This document shows, piece after piece, positions 60,480 to 64,000 of a stretch of DNA of 64,000 nt. The translations under genes and the position numbers were made by a program. Source of the stretch: Clostridia bacterium (GTDB taxonomy: Bacteria; Bacillota; Clostridia; UMGS1840); assembly GCA_045656345.1 (NCBI GenBank), contig JAZOQZ010000062.1, forward strand, positions 50-64,049. Reading direction: 5' to 3'. The notes beneath the pieces were generated by a model. The model ran no database searches. It was given only the letters and a program-made list of their open reading frames with translations, and had not been told where the DNA came from. The stretch's first letter is position 1, and each line of letters begins with the position of its first letter.

Positions 60480-63149
60480 ATGAAACCAAAAACTGAAACA
60501 TATTCAGGCAAAGCGGTACGCACTTTTACCGATCGTGAAAGCCCAAGAGCGGCATTTTGGGATAGCTACCGTAGCATAAAAGAGCAGATGCAAACCGGAA
60601 ATGCAGACATTTGTGTGTTGCATTATTACGGTGTGGGCGGTATCGGGAAAAGCACGCTGTTAACAAAACTGACCGATGAATTATGTGAAAATATCAAGAA
60701 GCCCAGGTATGTGCAGTTCGATTTTTCTATTACAAAAGACAGCCGGCAAGTGTTATCCCGTATGGCGGAATTTATGACTCGTCAGTACGGCTTTTCGTTT
60801 CCTCAGTTTGATATTGCCAATCTTACTTATGCCAAGCATACTTATATAGATTTTACTGAAAAAGAGGTGCAACAGTTTTGCCAGAAAAGTCCGTTTTTAA
60901 GACTGACTCTAAAAATGCTGGACATCATTTCCGGCTCTGTTGCTACCAAAATTGTTGAGCTTGCCGACGATATTCAGTCTGAAGTGCGAACCTACTTAAA
61001 AAACCATGAAAAAAGTATCCGACAAATGGATCATATGGGAGTTGCCGAATTATATGGGATGTTACCCTATTATTTTGCAATGGATATGAAAAACAATCTT
61101 AAGAATTACACAGAACCTTTTGTGTTTTTTTTAGATACTTACGAAGCTCTGGTCAATGAACTTTCGTCTGTTGGGAATCCGTTTATTAATGATCTTTGGC
61201 TTCGGGGTGAAAACGGTCTGATTCAGTGGCTGCCGAATGTGCTTTGGGTAATCTGTGGCAGAGATAAGCTCAAATGGGAAAGCTTTGATGCAGATTGGAG
61301 CGAAGCATTACAACAGCATCTGTTGGGGAGTCTTTCCGATAGAGACAGCGATAGTTTCTTAAAGAATGCCGGTGTAGAAGATGAAACGTTACGCAAACAA
61401 TTGTATCAGTTGACCGGTGGAACACCCGTGTATCTGGATCTTTGTATGGACCGACACGATGCTATCATCAAAAGAGGGGAAACGCCCCATATCGAGATGT
61501 TTGGTAACACACCGGAAGAACTGGTTGATCGTTTGGTGTGTTATATGGATGACAGCATGCAGGATTTCGTCTATTTTCTGACTTGTCTGGAATGTTGGGA
61601 CGATAAGACGGCATCAGAGATTGCAGAGAATGTGTTACTTGGGTTTCCGCATACGCTGTACGAACGAATCAAAGGACTTTCATTTATCAGCGAAGTGGAG
61701 AACGGTTTCTTTGTGATTCATCCCACCGTTCGGGAGGTATTGGCAACAAAATGCCCGTTGGCTCTTCGGAAAAAGACGGGAGAAGTGATGCAGAAATACT
61801 TTTTGCAACATCTTTCGTTATCAAAAAATCCGGACGAAACATATGCATTGAGATTGTTGCAGTTGTTACGCTCCGGATGGCTTTTGGGATATACCCGTGA
61901 ACAATTCTGTGAATTTTATAAAAGCAAAGTCGGTGTTCGGTTCCAATGGATGGTAGATGCGGGATTATACAGTCAGATTGATACAATCTGGAATTCTCTG
62001 TATCAGTATGCTGCCAAGAAAACGGACGATTTACTGTTTATTGCGATTTCCAATGAAAAAGGGTATCTTCTTTCGAGCCAACAGTTATGGGAAGAAGCAT
62101 ACCAACAGCAGAAAAAGACCCTGTCGCTTGCTACTGATATTTTAGGAGAGAATCACGACGAAACACTGATTGCACTTGGAAATTTAGCTAACACTTTACT
62201 GGAACTTGGCAAGTTTGACGATGCACTTTCGTTGCAGTTAAAATGCTTGCGCTTACAAACTGACAGCAGCGGGGAAGAACACCCCAGAACATTGCTAGCC
62301 AAGCAAAATCTGGCAACTACCATAGCACAACGAAAAACTCCGGAGAACCAGCAAAAAGCTGCCGAACTGCTCCGTGAAGTTGTGAAAACAGGAACAAGAC
62401 AATACGGGGAACAGTTTCCTGTTGTGATGACAGCAAAGGAAAATCTGGCCTCGGTTTTGGGAGATATCGGCAATCATCAGGAAGAATTTGACCTGCATCA
62501 ACAAGTACTGGAAAAACAGATGGAAGTGCTTGGCGAAAAACATCCTGCAACCCTTCGCACGAAAAGCAATCTTGCCACCTGTTTGTCCGATCTGGAAAAA
62601 CCGGAAGAAGCTTTGCTCTTATCCTGTGAGGTGTTTGAGCAGCGAAAAGAAGTGCTTGGCGAAAGCTGTGAAGCAACATTACGAACAATGGAAAATGTGG
62701 CATATATCCTGGATGATCTTGAGAGAAAAGAAGAAGCTTTTGAATGGTTTCAAAAGGCACTTGTAAAACGTCGGCAAACTTTTGGCAATTATCATCCCAA
62801 TACTCTGAAGGCAATAGAGTCTTTTGCAATATTTTGCGGAAAAAACGGATGGGAAGAACTTGCATTACAGCTGCATCGTGAAACAATGTCCGGTTGGCAG
62901 AGTGTTTATGGAGCAGAGCATCCGGTTGTGTTCAGAGCTACCAACAATCTGGCTTATTTGTTGGTTCAGCAAAAAGAATATGCCGAGGCGGAGCATCTGC
63001 TATGTGCGTTGTTATCCGCATGCGAAGCCTATTACGAGCAAGCACATCCGGCGATTTTATACACGGCAGAGAAGTATTACGATGTGCTGATAAAAAGTGA
63101 GCAGTATGACAAAGCAAAGCAGATTGCAGAACAATATCATATTCAGTAA
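60480..63149 (+). CDS. STAND-class NTPase: NB-ARC-like P-loop ATPase + winged-helix + eight TPR_12-type repeats, no N-terminal effector domain (889 aa)
   Basis: Walker A GVGGIGKSTLL about 55 aa from the start, Walker B FVFFLDTYE, VICGRDK, GxP-like LTGGTPVYL, MHD-like FFVIHP. Eight 42-aa units follow with the pattern E-x-H-P-x-T-L-x(4)-N-L-A (62148-63146). ATG at 60480 follows AAAGGGG. Confidence 0.85.
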   Translation: MKPKTETYSGKAVRTFTDRESPRAAFWDSYRSIKEQMQTGNADICVLHYYGVGGIGKSTLLTKLTDELCENIKKPRYVQFDFSITKDSRQVLSRMAEFMTRQYGFSFPQFDIANLTYAKHTYIDFTEKEVQQFCQKSPFLRLTLKMLDIISGSVATKIVELADDIQSEVRTYLKNHEKSIRQMDHMGVAELYGMLPYYFAMDMKNNLKNYTEPFVFFLDTYEALVNELSSVGNPFINDLWLRGENGLIQWLPNVLWVICGRDKLKWESFDADWSEALQQHLLGSLSDRDSDSFLKNAGVEDETLRKQLYQLTGGTPVYLDLCMDRHDAIIKRGETPHIEMFGNTPEELVDRLVCYMDDSMQDFVYFLTCLECWDDKTASEIAENVLLGFPHTLYERIKGLSFISEVENGFFVIHPTVREVLATKCPLALRKKTGEVMQKYFLQHLSLSKNPDETYALRLLQLLRSGWLLGYTREQFCEFYKSKVGVRFQWMVDAGLYSQIDTIWNSLYQYAAKKTDDLLFIAISNEKGYLLSSQQLWEEAYQQQKKTLSLATDILGENHDETLIALGNLANTLLELGKFDDALSLQLKCLRLQTDSSGEEHPRTLLAKQNLATTIAQRKTPENQQKAAELLREVVKTGTRQYGEQFPVVMTAKENLASVLGDIGNHQEEFDLHQQVLEKQMEVLGEKHPATLRTKSNLATCLSDLEKPEEALLLSCEVFEQRKEVLGESCEATLRTMENVAYILDDLERKEEAFEWFQKALVKRRQTFGNYHPNTLKAIESFAIFCGKNGWEELALQLHRETMSGWQSVYGAEHPVVFRATNNLAYLLVQQKEYAEAEHLLCALLSACEAYYEQAHPAILYTAEKYYDVLIKSEQYDKAKQIAEQYHIQ

Positions 63150-63173
63150 TATATCAAAAAAAGGAGAATTGCT

Positions 63174-63974
63174 ATGGGATTTTTAACTGGTAAAACTGCG
63201 ATTATCACAGGAGCAGGTTATGCAGTGCTGTCTGACGGCAGATGCGGCTCCATTGGCTACGGAATTGCAACCGCCTATGCAAAAGAGGGCGCAAATCTTG
63301 TGATTACCGGCCGTAATGTGGCAAAATTAGAAAAAGCAAAAGAAGAACTTGAAGCAAAATACGGCATCAAAGTGTTGGCACTTTCTGCAGATATTTCTGC
63401 AGGCAGTGACAATGAAGCAACTGCTAAAATGGTTGCAGAAGAAGCTATGAAGGCATTCGGCAGAATTGATGTGTTAATCAACAACGCCCAAGCCTCTGCA
63501 TCCGGTGTTACCATTCAGGATCACACCACCGAGCAGTTTGATCTGGCGATGTATTCCGGTTTGTATGCCACCTTCTATTATATGAAGGCTTGTTACCCTT
63601 ATCTGAAGGAAACTAAGGGGTCTATTGTGAACTTTGCATCCGGAGCAGGATTGTTTGGTAATTATGGGCAGTGTTCCTATGCAGCAGCAAAAGAAGGAAT
63701 CCGTGGACTGAGCCGTGTGGCTGCAACCGAATGGGCAAAAGACGGCATCAACACCAACGTGGTTTGTCCTCTTGCCTGGACCGCTCAGCTGGAAAACTTT
63801 GAAAAAGCGTATCCCGATGCGTTCAAAGCAAATGTAAAAATGCCTCCGGCAGGACATTTTGGTGATCCTGAAACTGAAATCGGCAGAGTTTGTGTGCAAC
63901 TGGCAAATCCCGATTTTAAATATTTAAATGGCGAAACCCTGACCTTAGAAGGCGGTATGGGATTGCGTCCGTAA
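63174..63974 (+). CDS. Short-chain dehydrogenase/reductase (SDR) with an insertion in the Gly-rich cofactor motif
   Basis: TGAG-YAVLSDGRCG-SIGYGIA in place of the classical TGxxxGIG. NNAQ, catalytic S...YAAAK. RBS AAAGGAGAA lies 24 nt after the STAND stop. Confidence 0.85.
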   Translation: MGFLTGKTAIITGAGYAVLSDGRCGSIGYGIATAYAKEGANLVITGRNVAKLEKAKEELEAKYGIKVLALSADISAGSDNEATAKMVAEEAMKAFGRIDVLINNAQASASGVTIQDHTTEQFDLAMYSGLYATFYYMKACYPYLKETKGSIVNFASGAGLFGNYGQCSYAAAKEGIRGLSRVAATEWAKDGINTNVVCPLAWTAQLENFEKAYPDAFKANVKMPPAGHFGDPETEIGRVCVQLANPDFKYLNGETLTLEGGMGLRP

Positions 63975-64000
63975 GAAAGGAAAGAAGAAATGATTTTTGA

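Noticed and set aside
62317-62886. 189-aa ORF antisense to the TPR region of the STAND gene (plus several shorter ones at 62153-62543)
   Set aside because: It lies entirely inside a well-supported plus-strand CDS. It has no RBS and an Arg/Pro/Phe-rich composition typical of antisense frames of TPR-coding DNA.

Overview
This 64-kb chromosomal window looks like an endospore-forming, moderately low-GC Firmicute, with Clostridia-like gene content and order. Most of it is core housekeeping. In order, it holds: the 3' part of leuS; the spoIIAA-spoIIAB-sigF operon; dut; a lipoprotein cyclophilin; tRNA-Leu(CAA) plus rpmB; rlmH, an MBL hydrolase and murA copy 1; a D-Ala-D-Ala carboxypeptidase; coaX with an ECF S-component; YfcE and NIF3; a SpoIIM-like protein; ldh; and a long minus-strand run HAD-hflX-yigZ-mtaD-azlCD-mntR. 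A complete dcw cluster follows on the minus strand (mraZ-rsmH-ftsL-PBP-murE-murF-mraY-ftsW-murG-murA2-ftsQ-DUF881-sbp-ftsZ, about 21.5-36.3 kb) with a clear MraZ-box operator. After that come: a TolC-like/MFP/RND efflux operon; tRNA-Val(UAC); a 1410-aa six-module BspA-type LRR surface protein; a DEAD-box helicase; a TbADH-type secondary alcohol dehydrogenase; tRNA(CAU); malQ; LysR plus a CofE-like protein plus a Gfo/Idh/MocA oxidoreductase; DUF3048, DUF1294 and a GT-C-like membrane protein; and an apgM-family enzyme. At the right edge sit yitT, an effector-less NB-ARC/TPR STAND NTPase and an SDR. I saw no rRNA, CRISPR array, transposase, integrase or phage genes. Three items seem most worth follow-up. 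(i) A three-copy ~120-nt intergenic element keeps a three-helix fold through compensatory changes (1600-1720, 5406-5537, 15030-15128); the third copy is bracketed by a 61-bp duplication. (ii) The orphan STAND NTPase sits in what looks like a terminator-less operon. (iii) A tripartite RND pump with a TolC-like protein occurs in a sporulating Firmicute. Sequence inspection alone cannot show that any of these is a genuinely new system, and most of the window is ordinary.
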